Shown here: positions 1-9,078 of the stretch, piece by piece
Numbering within the stretch: the first letter of the stretch is position 1
Layout of the letters: each line of letters begins with the position of its first letter
NCBI GenBank assembly: GCA_964630255.1
Contig: CAZVRP010000002.1
Location: forward strand, 1,774 to 65,773
Origin: an uncultured Oscillospiraceae bacterium
GTDB lineage: Bacteria > Bacillota > Clostridia > Oscillospirales > Oscillospiraceae
DNA: 64,000 bases
Direction of reading: 5' to 3'
Program-made: the position numbers and the translations under genes
The notes under the pieces: generated by a model
What the model saw: only the letters and a program-made list of their open reading frames with translations
Database searches by the model: none
What the model was told of the DNA's origin: nothing

Positions 1-180
1 ATCCGCCCCCGTGCGCACCAGCTCCCGGCTGGCCCGCCCGCCGATTACTGCGTACAGGGCGTCGATGATGATGGATTTGCCCGCGCCCGTCTCGCCGGTC
101 AGAACATTCAACCCCGCCCGGAACTGGACATCGGCCCGCTCCACCACCGCGATATTCTCGATGTGGAGGCTTCTAAGCAT
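1..180 (-). CDS. recN: DNA repair protein RecN, first 60 codons only (gene runs off the left edge)
   Basis: Reverse translation from the ATG at 180 gives MLRSLHIENIAVVERADVQFRAGLNVLTGETGAGKSIIIDAL, with Walker A GETGAGKS. It lies next to argR, as in Bacillus and Clostridium. Confidence 0.85.
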   Translation of the reverse strand, partial: MLRSLHIENIAVVERADVQFRAGLNVLTGETGAGKSIIIDALYAVIGGRASRELVRTGAD

Positions 181-193
181 CTTCCCCCACCCC

Positions 194-649
194 TTACCGG
201 CGGTAAGACCGGCGCAGCTGGGCGCATAGGCGTTCCGCAGAGGCCGCGTTGCGCATGACGATGATGCCGGTATCGTCTCCGGCCACAGAGCCCAGAACGG
301 CATCCTCGCCCATGGCGTCCACGGCGCCGCAGACGGCGGAGGCCAGCCCCGGCAGGGTCTTGATGACTACCGTATGCAGGGCGTGGTCAAAGCCCACGCA
401 GCCCTCCCGGAATATCTCCTCCATGCGGCGGGCCTCGTCACTGGCCTCGTCCTGACCGGCCAGCGCATAGCGGTATTTCCCGTCCGGGGACACCTCCTTC
501 ACCAGCCGCAGCTCCTTGATGTCCCGGGAGACGGTTGCCTGGGTGCTGCTCACGCCCCGGGCCCGGAGGGCCTCCAAAAGCTGTCCCTGAGTCTCGATAT
601 CCTCCTGGGCGATGATCTCCAGAATCACGTTTTGTCTGGAACTTTTCAT
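194..649 (-). CDS. argR: Arginine repressor ArgR/AhrC
   Basis: 151 aa. The winged-helix N-terminus reads QGQLLEALRARGVSSTQATVSRDIKEL and the C-terminal oligomerisation domain contains GTVAGDDT-like GSVAGDDTGIIV. A GGGGAGAGG RBS precedes the ATG. Confidence 0.9.
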   Translation of the reverse strand: MKSSRQNVILEIIAQEDIETQGQLLEALRARGVSSTQATVSRDIKELRLVKEVSPDGKYRYALAGQDEASDEARRMEEIFREGCVGFDHALHTVVIKTLPGLASAVCGAVDAMGEDAVLGSVAGDDTGIIVMRNAASAERLCAQLRRSYRR

Positions 650-1500
650 AACCTCTCCCCCAATTTTTCAAATGCCGTTTCGTAAAAGCTCTTGGTGCCC
701 AGATGGGCGATCAGCAGCTTGTGGGCCGACCTTCTCACGATGACCTGATCGTTCTCCTCCAGATCGGTCATGCCCCGCCCGTCCACAGACAGCACGCACC
801 GCCGTTCCTGACCGATCTCCGACGGCACCACGGTCACCACCCGGTCCGGCGTCAGGACAAAAGACCGGGCCGCCAGCATGTGGGCACAGATGGGCGTCAG
901 GATGATGGTCTCCGCCCCCGGCTCCACCAAAGGCCCGCCCGCCGCCATGGAATAGGCCGTGGAGCCCGTGGGCGAAGATATGATGATCCCGTCCCCGGAA
1001 AACGCCAAAATGCGGTTCCCGTCTCCCAATGCCGTGAAACGGACAGTCTGGACGATGCCGGAGATGACCGCCTCGTTCAGTCCCGTGTCGGCAAATATCC
1101 GCCGGTCATCCCGGACGATCTCCACATCCAGCATCATCCGAGGCACCATCTCAAAATCACCGGCGGCCGCCTTTTTCAAAAGCCCGACGCTGCCCCGGTC
1201 CAGTTCTGTGAGAAAACCCTTGTGGCCCAGATTCACCCCCACCAGGGGCACGGCGTGGTGCATCACCTGAGGCGCGATGCGCAATATGGTCCCGTCCCCG
1301 CCCAGGGTCACCAGAAGATCGGCCCCCTCCAGCGCGGCGTCCAGCTCTTCCGTCTCAAAGGGCGCGGGCATATCCGCCGGGCCGCAGACAGGGCTTACCA
1401 GAACACGGCAGCCCTCCTTCTCCAGCATCTCCTTCACCCGAACGGTGAAGGAGAGGTCCCCATCCCGCTGGACATTGGGACACAAAACGACCCTTTTCAT
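646..1500 (-). CDS. nadK: NAD kinase
   Basis: The internal ATG at 1500 (MKRVVLCPN) was chosen because the longer ORF overlaps tlyA. Motifs are LGGDGT (VTLGGDGTILR) and the C-terminal GDGIIISSPTGSTAYSMAAGGP. The stop overlaps the argR start. Confidence 0.9.
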   Translation of the reverse strand: MKRVVLCPNVQRDGDLSFTVRVKEMLEKEGCRVLVSPVCGPADMPAPFETEELDAALEGADLLVTLGGDGTILRIAPQVMHHAVPLVGVNLGHKGFLTELDRGSVGLLKKAAAGDFEMVPRMMLDVEIVRDDRRIFADTGLNEAVISGIVQTVRFTALGDGNRILAFSGDGIIISSPTGSTAYSMAAGGPLVEPGAETIILTPICAHMLAARSFVLTPDRVVTVVPSEIGQERRCVLSVDGRGMTDLEENDQVIVRRSAHKLLIAHLGTKSFYETAFEKLGERL

Positions 1501-1504
1501 ATCG

Positions 1505-2317
1505 TCAGCTCCCCTCTCCGGCCCTGTCAAGGGTCTCATGGGACCGGCGGACGATCCTGTCGCAGTCCGCCTCCGCCGCCCGGCCCTCCGTTTTGAGCCA
1601 GGCAAGATACTCTATGTTTCCCTCCGGGCCGCGCACCGGGGAAAAATCCAATCCCCCAAGAACGAAGCCCATTCGGGCGCTCTGCCCGATGAACCGCTCC
1701 AGTACCTCTTTATGTACCGCCGGGTCCCGGACCACGCCCTTCTTCCCAACCTTCTCCCTGCCGGCCTCAAACTGGGGCTTCACCAGGCAGATCGCCTGTC
1801 CTCCCGGCCCCAGCAGACCCTTCACCGCAGGCAACACCAGATGCAGGGAGATGAAGGACATATCCATCACCGCCATGTCCACGGGACCGGGAAACATGTC
1901 CGGCGTCAGGTGTCTGGCGTTGGTGCGCTCCATAACCGTGACACGCCCGTCGTTCCGCAGGCTCCAGGCCAGCTGGCCGTAGCCCACATCCACGGCGTAT
2001 ACATGCCTCGCCCCCCGCTGCAAAAGGCAGTCCGTAAAGCCGCCGGTGGAGGCGCCGCAGTCCACGCACACCAGTCCGGCAGGATCGATGGCAAATACGT
2101 CCAGGGCCTTTTCCAGCTTCAGGCCGCCCCGGCTCACATAGGGGAGCTTCTCCCCCCTGACCTGTATATCCGATGCCTCTGCTACCGGCGCGCCGGGCTT
2201 CGTCTGCCTCTGACCGTCCACATAGACGGAGCCCGCCATGATGAGCGCCTTGGCCTTCTCCCGGCTTTCCGCCAGGTTCAGGTCGAACACCCGTTGGTCA
2301 AGTCTGATCTTTCCCAT
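1505..2317 (-). CDS. tlyA: TlyA-family 16S/23S rRNA (cytidine-2'-O)-methyltransferase with S4 domain
   Basis: Start at MGKIRLDQRVFDLNLAESREKAKALIMAGSVYVDG (S4 domain). The SAM motif is VCVDCGASTGGFTDCLLQRGA. The position between dxs and nadK is conserved. Confidence 0.85.
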   Translation of the reverse strand: MGKIRLDQRVFDLNLAESREKAKALIMAGSVYVDGQRQTKPGAPVAEASDIQVRGEKLPYVSRGGLKLEKALDVFAIDPAGLVCVDCGASTGGFTDCLLQRGARHVYAVDVGYGQLAWSLRNDGRVTVMERTNARHLTPDMFPGPVDMAVMDMSFISLHLVLPAVKGLLGPGGQAICLVKPQFEAGREKVGKKGVVRDPAVHKEVLERFIGQSARMGFVLGGLDFSPVRGPEGNIEYLAWLKTEGRAAEADCDRIVRRSHETLDRAGEGS

Positions 2318-4154
2318 GCAGCATCTCCATGACCGTTCCGGCAATACCGGGGCCGTCCAGCCCCAGCTTCTCCCGCAGCGCTTCCGGCGTCCCGTGCTCC
2401 AGGATGCCGCTGTCCAGATTGATGAGCCGGCCACATCGAAGGCACAGGCCGCGCTCCTCCGCCATGGACAGCAGCCGTCCCCCGATACAGCCGGCGCGGC
2501 ACACATCCTCCGGCACCGCCAGCACCCTGGTCTTCTCTGCGGAGGCCATGACTGCGTCCGCCTCCAAGGGGCACAGGACGCTGATCTTCACCACCTCCGC
2601 CGAAACGCCCCGCCGGGCCAGGATAGCGGCGGCCTCCATCGCCTCGTTTATCTCCATGCCGTATGCGGCAATGGTCACATCCGTCCCCTCCCGCAGTACC
2701 GCACAGGGCGTCTGAGACGCATCCTCCCGGAAAGCTCCCTCGCCGCCTCGGGGATAGCGCACGGCCACCGGACCCGTATCCTCCAGAACGGCCCGGCGAA
2801 GCATGGTACGCAGCTCGGCGAAGTTGGCCGGGGCATATATGCGCATCCCCGGCACGCTGGACAGATAGGCCACGTCGAAGGAACCCTGATGGGTCTCCCC
2901 GTCCCGGCCCACGATGCCCGCCCGGTCCACGGCAAGCACCACGTGCAGCCCCATCAGGGCCACATCGTGGATGAGCATATCATAGCTGCGCTGCAAAAAG
3001 GTGGAATACACCGCGAAGACCGGCTTGAGTCCCTGGGACGCCATGCCCGCCGCCATGGCGCAGGCGTGTTCTTCAGCGATGCCCACGTCGTAAAACCGCT
3101 CCGGCCACGTCTCCTGGAACCCGATGAGCCCGGTGCCCTCTTTCATGGCGGCCGTGATGGCCACCACAGACGTATCCTCCCCGGCCAGTTCCGTCAGCGT
3201 CCGGCCAAAGACAGAGGAGAAATTCTCCCCCGTATAACGGGGGACGCCGCTGGCCGGGTCGAAAGCTCCCACGCCGTGAAATGCCTCCGGGGCCTTCTCC
3301 GCCGGCGCATAGCCCCTTCCCTTCTGGGTGATGACATGGACCAGCACGGGCTTTTTCTGCTCCTTGGCCCAGCGCAGGACACCCTCCGTCTTTCTGATGT
3401 CATGGCCGTCGATGGGGCCGATATATTCATAACCAAAATCGTCAAATATGTTCTCCGGGATGATCCGCTCCTTGAGCCACCGCTTCATGCGGCTCAGAAT
3501 CGCGGAGAGATACGGTATCCGGGGGAGGAAGGAGTTTCGGTACCACTTCTTGAACTTGATATACTCCACCCGGGTACGCATATTACTGAGCATAGCCGCC
3601 AAGCCGCCCACGCTTTCGTTGATGCTCATCCCGTTATCGTTGAGGATGACCACCAGCGGCTCTCCGCTCTTTCCCGCGTCCGACAGCCCCTCAAAGGCCA
3701 TGCCGCCGTTAAGGGCGCCGTCGCCTATGAGAGCCACCACATCGTAGTCCTCGCCCAGCGCCGTCCTGGCCCGGGCCATGCCCAGCGCCACAGACACCGA
3801 GTTGGAGGCATGCCCCGCGATAAACGCGTCGTGGACGCTCTCCCGGGGCTTGGGGAAGCCGGACATCCCTCCCAGAGAGCGGAAGTCGGCAAATCCATCC
3901 CGACGGCCGGTGAGCAGCTTATGGGTATAGCACTGGTGTCCCACATCGAACACCAGCCGGTCCCGGCCGGTATCATATACCCGGTGTATGGCTACCGTCA
4001 GCTCCACGGCGCCCAGATTCGATGCCAGATGGCCGCCCTCCTTGGACAGGACCCGTATCAAAAATGTCCGTATCTCCCCGCACAGGTCGTCCAGGACCTC
4101 CTCCGGCAGCGCCTTCACATCCATATCGTCATTTAAAATATCCAGCAAACCCAT
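2298..4154 (-). CDS. dxs: 1-deoxy-D-xylulose-5-phosphate synthase
   Basis: 619 aa from MGLLDILNDDMDVKAL. Features are the TPP motif GDGALNGGMAFEGLS, HLASNLGAVELTVAIH, and the transketolase pyrimidine and C-terminal domains. The 49 upstream codons in the track are AT-rich leader, not coding. Confidence 0.95.
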   Translation of the reverse strand: MGLLDILNDDMDVKALPEEVLDDLCGEIRTFLIRVLSKEGGHLASNLGAVELTVAIHRVYDTGRDRLVFDVGHQCYTHKLLTGRRDGFADFRSLGGMSGFPKPRESVHDAFIAGHASNSVSVALGMARARTALGEDYDVVALIGDGALNGGMAFEGLSDAGKSGEPLVVILNDNGMSINESVGGLAAMLSNMRTRVEYIKFKKWYRNSFLPRIPYLSAILSRMKRWLKERIIPENIFDDFGYEYIGPIDGHDIRKTEGVLRWAKEQKKPVLVHVITQKGRGYAPAEKAPEAFHGVGAFDPASGVPRYTGENFSSVFGRTLTELAGEDTSVVAITAAMKEGTGLIGFQETWPERFYDVGIAEEHACAMAAGMASQGLKPVFAVYSTFLQRSYDMLIHDVALMGLHVVLAVDRAGIVGRDGETHQGSFDVAYLSSVPGMRIYAPANFAELRTMLRRAVLEDTGPVAVRYPRGGEGAFREDASQTPCAVLREGTDVTIAAYGMEINEAMEAAAILARRGVSAEVVKISVLCPLEADAVMASAEKTRVLAVPEDVCRAGCIGGRLLSMAEERGLCLRCGRLINLDSGILEHGTPEALREKLGLDGPGIAGTVMEMLHGKDQT

Positions 4155-4205
4155 ATCGGCTCCAAAATCTATCTCAAATCGCGTGGCATATTTTTTAGTT
4201 TTATC

Positions 4206-4234
4206 ATCATAACAAAATACACCTTGAAATTCAA
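4206..4234 (-). promoter_or_regulatory. Sigma-A type promoter for dxs (TTGAAT-17-TATGAT)
   Basis: Minus strand reads TTGAATttcaaggtgtattttgtTATGAT, about 50 nt upstream of the dxs ATG. The -35 lies inside a 10-bp perfect palindrome, ACACCTTGAA/TTCAAGGTGT. Confidence 0.5.
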
Positions 4235-4449
4235 GGTGTGTTTTGCATATTTTCAGTGGAGGATGAATATTTTCATCGTCTTGCGGAATGCCCTCTGTCA
4301 TCTCGCTTACGCGCTGGAATCGTTAAACCCATACCCGGCCTTGCTGATGGTCAGCGTCTCGTTCCGGGCCGTCACGTCTTCGGATTTGAGGACCCGCTTC
4401 CATAAACAGTCCGTTTTTCCAGGCTCTTTCTGCCCATGACCGTCCCGCT

Positions 4450-5265
4450 TCAGTTGTTCCGGCCAGCCAGTTTTTCCGTCAGCTGTCGGAGAAATCCGGT
4501 ATCCTCAAAGCCGTCCAGCAGCTCCAGGGCCTTCCGCGTATACAGTTCCGTCAGCGCGGCGCACTTATCCGCCCCAAGCAGGGCGCAGAAGCCGTCCCCG
4601 TCCAACAGGTCGTCCCGACACTGGAACGCCATGCCCAACGCCATGCCGAAGCCCTCCGCAGCGGCGATGACCGTCTCGTCCGCGCCGGCGGCCGCCGCGC
4701 CCATAGCGCAGGCTGCGCCCATGAGGCTCGCGGTCTTGCCCAGATCGGCGGCGGACAGGCTCTCCGCCGTCCCGCCGCCGCCGTTCAGATCCATGAACTG
4801 CCCGCCGCATATACCGGACACGCCCGCCGCCCGGCTGAGGATGCGGCAGCAGCGAAACCGCTCCGCCTCTCCGATGTCCGCGGCGCATACGGCCTGGAAC
4901 GCCTCCGCCTGGAGGCAGTCGCCGGCCAGCACGGCGGTGGTCTCACCAAAGACCTTGTGGCTGGTGGGCCGGCCCCGACGCTCATCGTCATCGTCCATAC
5001 AGGGCAGATCGTCGTGGATCAGACTGTAGGTATGCAGAAGCTCCGCCCCGCAGGCAACGGGCACAGTCCTGGCCGCATCGCCGCCGCATATCCGGGCGAA
5101 CTCCAGACACAGCACCGGCCGCACACGTTTGCCGCCGGCCAGCACGCTGTAGGCCATGGCCTGACGCAGGCCGTCCGCGCCGTCTCCCGTCGGGACAAAA
5201 TACCCCGCCAGGGCGGCGTCGATCATGGTCCGGTATTTTTCGTATCTCTCGTCCATGGCGCTCAC
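4450..5265 (-). CDS. ispA: Polyprenyl (farnesyl/geranylgeranyl) diphosphate synthase
   Basis: First Asp-rich motif is LIHDDLPCMDDDDERRGRPTSH. Second is FQCRDDLLD. The start overlaps the xseB stop (ATGA). Confidence 0.85.
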   Translation of the reverse strand: MSAMDERYEKYRTMIDAALAGYFVPTGDGADGLRQAMAYSVLAGGKRVRPVLCLEFARICGGDAARTVPVACGAELLHTYSLIHDDLPCMDDDDERRGRPTSHKVFGETTAVLAGDCLQAEAFQAVCAADIGEAERFRCCRILSRAAGVSGICGGQFMDLNGGGGTAESLSAADLGKTASLMGAACAMGAAAAGADETVIAAAEGFGMALGMAFQCRDDLLDGDGFCALLGADKCAALTELYTRKALELLDGFEDTGFLRQLTEKLAGRNN

Positions 5266-5486
5266 TCAAAGGGCATCTCTTCCGGCTCTCCGTCGGGCCC
5301 TTTGCGGAGCTGGACCACCTTCTGCTCCGCCTCGTCCAAAAGCGTCCCGCAGGCACGGATGAGTCCCGCGCCCTCCTCAAACAGGCCCAGACTCTCCGCC
5401 AAGGGGGCGTCACCCTTCTCCAGGAGCTTCACAATTTCCTCCAGCCGGGCCAGACCTTCCTCAAACGTCTTTTTCTTTTCAGCCAT
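5262..5486 (-). CDS. xseB: Exodeoxyribonuclease VII small subunit
   Basis: 74 aa from MAEKKKTFEEGLARLEEIVKLLEKGDAPLAESL, a typical XseB N-terminus. It overlaps the 3' end of xseA. Confidence 0.85.
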   Translation of the reverse strand: MAEKKKTFEEGLARLEEIVKLLEKGDAPLAESLGLFEEGAGLIRACGTLLDEAEQKVVQLRKGPDGEPEEMPFE

Positions 5487-6681
5487 GATGTATCTCCTCC
5501 ACAACGCAGTCCAGACTCCCCCCGGACAGGCGCACATTTACCTTGTCGCCTTTGGCGACCTCATCCAACCTGCGGACGGCAGATCCGTTTTTCTCCAGGA
5601 TGGAATAGCCCCGTCCCAGCACCTTCAGAGGACTCAGTGCATCCAACTTGGCCGCCAGGGCCACATAGCCCTGGCGCTTTTCGCTCATCAGCTTCTCTCC
5701 CGCTCCGGCCAGATTTGACCGGGCATAATCAAGAGCCATGCGCTTTGCCCCCAAATAGACCTCCGGGTCCGTCAGCGCGGGCCGCTCCGAAAGCTCGCTC
5801 AGCCTGCGGGAGAGCCGGTCCAGCTTGACGGCCATGGCCTGCTGGAGCCGGATGCCCGCCTGGGCCACATAAGCCGCCACCTCTTCCATATCCGGTCCCG
5901 CGATCTCCGCGGCGTTGGAGGGCGTGGCCGCCCGCCGGTCCGCCACATAGTCCGCTATGGTCACGTCCGGCTCATGGCCCACGGCGGAGATGACCGGCAT
6001 CTCCGACTCATAGATGGCCCGGGCCACCCGCTCATCGTTGAAAGCCCACAGATCCTCCATGGAGCCGCCGCCCCGGCCGGTGATGATGAGGTCCGCCACC
6101 CGGTACCGGTTGGCGTAGCGTATGGCGCCCACGATCTCCGGCGGGGCCTCAGCCCCCTGCACCCGCACAGGCAGTATCAATATCTTTGCCAGCGGCCAGC
6201 GCTTGCCAAGGACCCGGATGATATCGTGCACCGCCGCCCCCGCGCCGCTGGTGATGACGGCGATACGCCGGGGAAAGGCCGGCAGCGGCTTTTTATGGGC
6301 CGGGTCGAAAAGGCCCTCGGCGGCCAGCTTGGCCTTCAGCTGTTCAAAGGCCACCTGCAGATCCCCAGCGCCCTCCGGCATCAGCTCGTTCACATACAGC
6401 TGATAGGCCCCGTCCCGGGGGAACACCGACACCCGGCCTGCCGCCGTGACGGACATGCCGCTCTCCGGCCGGAACCGGAGCCTGGACGCGCTGGAGCGAA
6501 ACATCACGCACCGCAGGCTGCTATTGCCGTCCTTCATTGTGAAGTAGTGGTGTCCGGAGGGATATATCTTGTAGTTGGACAGCTCCCCTTTTACCGACAC
6601 CCGGTTCAGCATGGGGTCGGCGTCCATGAGCTGCTTTATGTGCTCATTCAGGGCGGAGACGGTAAAGACCATCTCATTCAT
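5479..6681 (-). CDS. xseA: Exodeoxyribonuclease VII large subunit
   Basis: 400 aa. OB-fold N-terminus is VSALNEHIKQLMDADPMLNRVSVKGELSNYKIYPSGHHYFTMKD. Catalytic region is RGGGSMEDLWAFNDERVARAI. Confidence 0.9.
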   Translation of the reverse strand: MNEMVFTVSALNEHIKQLMDADPMLNRVSVKGELSNYKIYPSGHHYFTMKDGNSSLRCVMFRSSASRLRFRPESGMSVTAAGRVSVFPRDGAYQLYVNELMPEGAGDLQVAFEQLKAKLAAEGLFDPAHKKPLPAFPRRIAVITSGAGAAVHDIIRVLGKRWPLAKILILPVRVQGAEAPPEIVGAIRYANRYRVADLIITGRGGGSMEDLWAFNDERVARAIYESEMPVISAVGHEPDVTIADYVADRRAATPSNAAEIAGPDMEEVAAYVAQAGIRLQQAMAVKLDRLSRRLSELSERPALTDPEVYLGAKRMALDYARSNLAGAGEKLMSEKRQGYVALAAKLDALSPLKVLGRGYSILEKNGSAVRRLDEVAKGDKVNVRLSGGSLDCVVEEIHHG

Positions 6682-7171
6682 GGAGCTCGTCCTCCGCCTG
6701 CGTGTCCTCCTCAGGCTCGTCCTGCTTCATGACCTCCGACCGGTAAAAGCCGCCCAGCACGCCGTTGACGAACGCCACCACATCCGCATCCTCATAGCTT
6801 TTGGCCAGCTCCACCGCCTCGTCCATACTGGCGGCGTCCGGCACATCCGGCATATACAGTATCTCAAAGATGGCCTGGCGCAGGATGGACGCGGCGCTGC
6901 GGGAGATGCGCTCCGGCCGCCATCCCTTGGCGTACCTGCCGATATACCCGTCCAGCTCCTCCCGGTGTTCCGTCACTCCGGCCACGCTGCGCACGATAAA
7001 ATCAAGGTCCTTCCGGGAGGGCTTTTCCCCATAGATATCCCCCTCCGAAGACAGGGATGCATAGTGCTCTGGCTCAAAAAAATCCTCCACCACCGCCTGT
7101 GGATCACGCCCGGCAGCAGCGATGGAAAAGCCAAGCTGGATAGCGATCTCTCTTGCCGCAGATCTGGTCAT
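6674..7171 (-). CDS. nusB: Transcription antitermination factor NusB
   Basis: The ATG at 7171 is preceded by GGAGG; the track's GTG at 7183 contains the RBS. Sequence: MTRSAAREIAIQLGF...ILRQAIFEILYMPDVP...AFVNGVLG. Confidence 0.9.
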   Translation of the reverse strand: MTRSAAREIAIQLGFSIAAAGRDPQAVVEDFFEPEHYASLSSEGDIYGEKPSRKDLDFIVRSVAGVTEHREELDGYIGRYAKGWRPERISRSAASILRQAIFEILYMPDVPDAASMDEAVELAKSYEDADVVAFVNGVLGGFYRSEVMKQDEPEEDTQAEDELHE

Positions 7172-7201
7172 AACTGCCTCCACATACTACAAATACAACA
7201 A

Positions 7202-7222
7202 GGAGCCCCGCTGTGGGGCTCC
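7202..7222 (-). terminator. Hairpin GGAGCCCC-N5-GGGGCTCC between asp23 and nusB, with T-rich flanks on both strands
   Basis: 8-bp GC stem. On the minus strand it is followed by TTGTTGTATTTG. Confidence 0.5.
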
Positions 7223-7238
7223 AAATTTTTGTTCTCTC

Positions 7239-7598
7239 TTACTTATCAAAGGATATGCCGGTAACATGGACGTTCACCACGGTGCTCATACCGGTGACGG
7301 ACTCCACCTCGCTGCACACCGTATCCTGTACCCGCACGGCGATATCGGTGATGCTGCCGGTGGCGCGGACATTGATGAGCACGTCGATGGTGATCTTCTC
7401 GTCTAAAAAGCGAATTTTAAGGCCCTTAACGGGGTTTTTCCGCCCAAAGAGTTCCACCAGTTCCGGCGTGGTAGGGCTGCCCATTCCGGAGACGCCTTCC
7501 ACCTCGGCCACGGCGGCGCCCACCATAACGGCGATCACATCCTCGGAAATATTGACCGTGCCCTTTTCTTCCTGTTTGGTGATGTAATTCTCTGCCAT
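7239..7598 (-). CDS. Asp23/Gls24 family alkaline-shock protein
   Basis: MAENYITKQEEKGTVNISEDVIAVMVGAAVAEVEGV...VNVHVTGISF. A GGGGAGG RBS sits 9 nt upstream. The position between spoIIIAH and nusB is conserved (yqhY-like). Confidence 0.85.
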   Translation of the reverse strand: MAENYITKQEEKGTVNISEDVIAVMVGAAVAEVEGVSGMGSPTTPELVELFGRKNPVKGLKIRFLDEKITIDVLINVRATGSITDIAVRVQDTVCSEVESVTGMSTVVNVHVTGISFDK

Positions 7599-7706
7599 CG
7601 CCCAAAACCTCCCCATGCGTGGTTGGGGATATTATAGCACATGCTTTCCAAAAAGAAAAGAGGCAATCTGTCAAATGCCGGAAATCGCGGGGCGGCATCC
7701 GGTTTT

Positions 7707-8267
7707 TTAGTCGGTGACTTCCACGATGTTCAGCGCCTGAGCGGTGTAATCGGTGTTGGAGATCACGGCCTCGGTGATCTGAGCCACCTGGGTCTCCGTC
7801 AGGCCATCCACCGGCGCGGGTACGGCCACTGTCACGCCCTCATCGGACACCAGCACTACGCAGTCCGCGAAATTCTTGGCCAGCAGCTGGTTTTCCAGCA
7901 GGCTCTCCTGCAGGTTCCAGGAGGCCATGGCATTGATCTGCCGCATGGATTCATCGATCACCTCCTGGGAGGTGTCCTCCGCGGCGCAGGCCATCTCCAA
8001 AAGCTCCAGCGCTTCGTCCCGGGAGGTCTGGCGGGTCAGCCGCGCCTCGTCGAAATAGGCGGATACGGCCACGCTCTGTCCCTCCGCGGCGGCGGAAGCC
8101 GCCAGATATTCCTCCTCCGCGGCCAGCATGGCCGCATCCTCCGCCGCTACCATGGCGGAGTCGGCCGTGCCCCAGCGGCTGTTGTAGGACCAGTTCAGAT
8201 ATACCGCCGCGCCCACAAACACCAGCACCGCCGCGATCACGATGTTTCGCTTCAAATTCTTTCTCAA
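7707..8267 (-). CDS. spoIIIAH: Stage III sporulation protein AH
   Basis: TTG start, 7 nt after GGAGGG. It has a single N-terminal TM (IVIAAVLVFVGAAVYLNW) and a YscJ/FliF-like C-terminal domain. It is the last gene of the spoIIIA operon. Confidence 0.75.
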   Translation of the reverse strand: MRKNLKRNIVIAAVLVFVGAAVYLNWSYNSRWGTADSAMVAAEDAAMLAAEEEYLAASAAAEGQSVAVSAYFDEARLTRQTSRDEALELLEMACAAEDTSQEVIDESMRQINAMASWNLQESLLENQLLAKNFADCVVLVSDEGVTVAVPAPVDGLTETQVAQITEAVISNTDYTAQALNIVEVTD

Positions 8268-8270
8268 GGT

Positions 8271-8615
8271 TCATCCCTCCGACTTTATCATGTTATGGAT
8301 CACTATTCTGTCCGCGCCCAGCCCGGTATAACACCGCACCGCCTCCGTGATGTCCAGACGCACTGTGACGCTGTCCGCTCCTTGGCATACCACTGCCGCT
8401 CCGTTTTCTGACAGCAGAACCTTTACCTGCCCCACCCCTTCCATATAGGAGAGCAGCTCCTCCAGCCTCGCCTCCTCCGCGCTCTCCCCGCCGGACGCCT
8501 CGGACAGGGTCTGGCCCGACGGCCAAAGCAGCAGCGCCAGTCCCACGGCAGCCACCAGAAGCACATACTTCCACTGGCCCGCACGCTCCGCCAGAGCCTT
8601 CCATCGGTCACTCAT
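8271..8615 (-). CDS. spoIIIAG: Stage III sporulation protein AG
   Basis: MSDRWKALAERAGQWKYVLLVAAVGLALLL then ...VKVLLSENGAAVVCQGADSVTVRLDITEAV. Operon position fits. GGAGGG RBS. Confidence 0.75.
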   Translation of the reverse strand: MSDRWKALAERAGQWKYVLLVAAVGLALLLWPSGQTLSEASGGESAEEARLEELLSYMEGVGQVKVLLSENGAAVVCQGADSVTVRLDITEAVRCYTGLGADRIVIHNMIKSEG

Positions 8616-9078
8616 CGTCCCTCCAGTCCTGCCGCTCCCGGGGGATGCCCAGCTCGGCTTCGATGACCGAGGACAGACCGGCGTCATACGCCCCGTCCAC
8701 CGTCACCTGCCACGGATACCACAGCAGCTCCTCGCTGTCCCACCGGGCCGACAGATCGACGCCGTCTACGGCGGCGCCCTTCTCGGCCGCTTTGCCTAAT
8801 ATATATGCCTCCAGTTGTTCCTCTATGTATGTCCGATTGAGCATTTTTGTCTCTTCCTCCGCCTGCACTCTGATCTCGCCGGCCTGCATTTCATAGGCGG
8901 CCAGTCCCAGGGCCAGGGACGTCATATCCAGCTTCAGCACCGGCGACGCCACCGCCAGCGCGCACATCAGTCCGCAGGCCAGGCGGGTCACCTGCCGCAC
9001 CCGGCCGGGCGGCGTGGCCGCCATAGCCATGGAGCTCAGCAGCGAAGCGGCCGCGATCCCAATGATCCACTGTCTCAT
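8608..9078 (-). CDS. spoIIIAF: Stage III sporulation protein AF
   Basis: MRQWIIGIAAASLLSSMAMA... with two N-terminal TM segments. Operon position fits, and it overlaps both neighbours. Confidence 0.7.
   Translation of the reverse strand: MRQWIIGIAAASLLSSMAMAATPPGRVRQVTRLACGLMCALAVASPVLKLDMTSLALGLAAYEMQAGEIRVQAEEETKMLNRTYIEEQLEAYILGKAAEKGAAVDGVDLSARWDSEELLWYPWQVTVDGAYDAGLSSVIEAELGIPRERQDWRDDE

Noticed and set aside
4224-4439. A 71-codon plus-strand ORF, and short minus-strand ORFs, in the ispA-dxs spacer.
   Set aside because: None has an RBS or any family resemblance. The plus-strand ORF starts inside the dxs promoter palindrome. They are treated as non-coding.
7672-7706. A terminator-like hairpin with a T6 run, reading on the plus strand, just after the spoIIIAH stop.
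   Set aside because: The orientation is wrong for the minus-strand operon because the T tract is on the plus strand. The stem is only 5-6 bp with a large loop. No plus-strand gene ends here.
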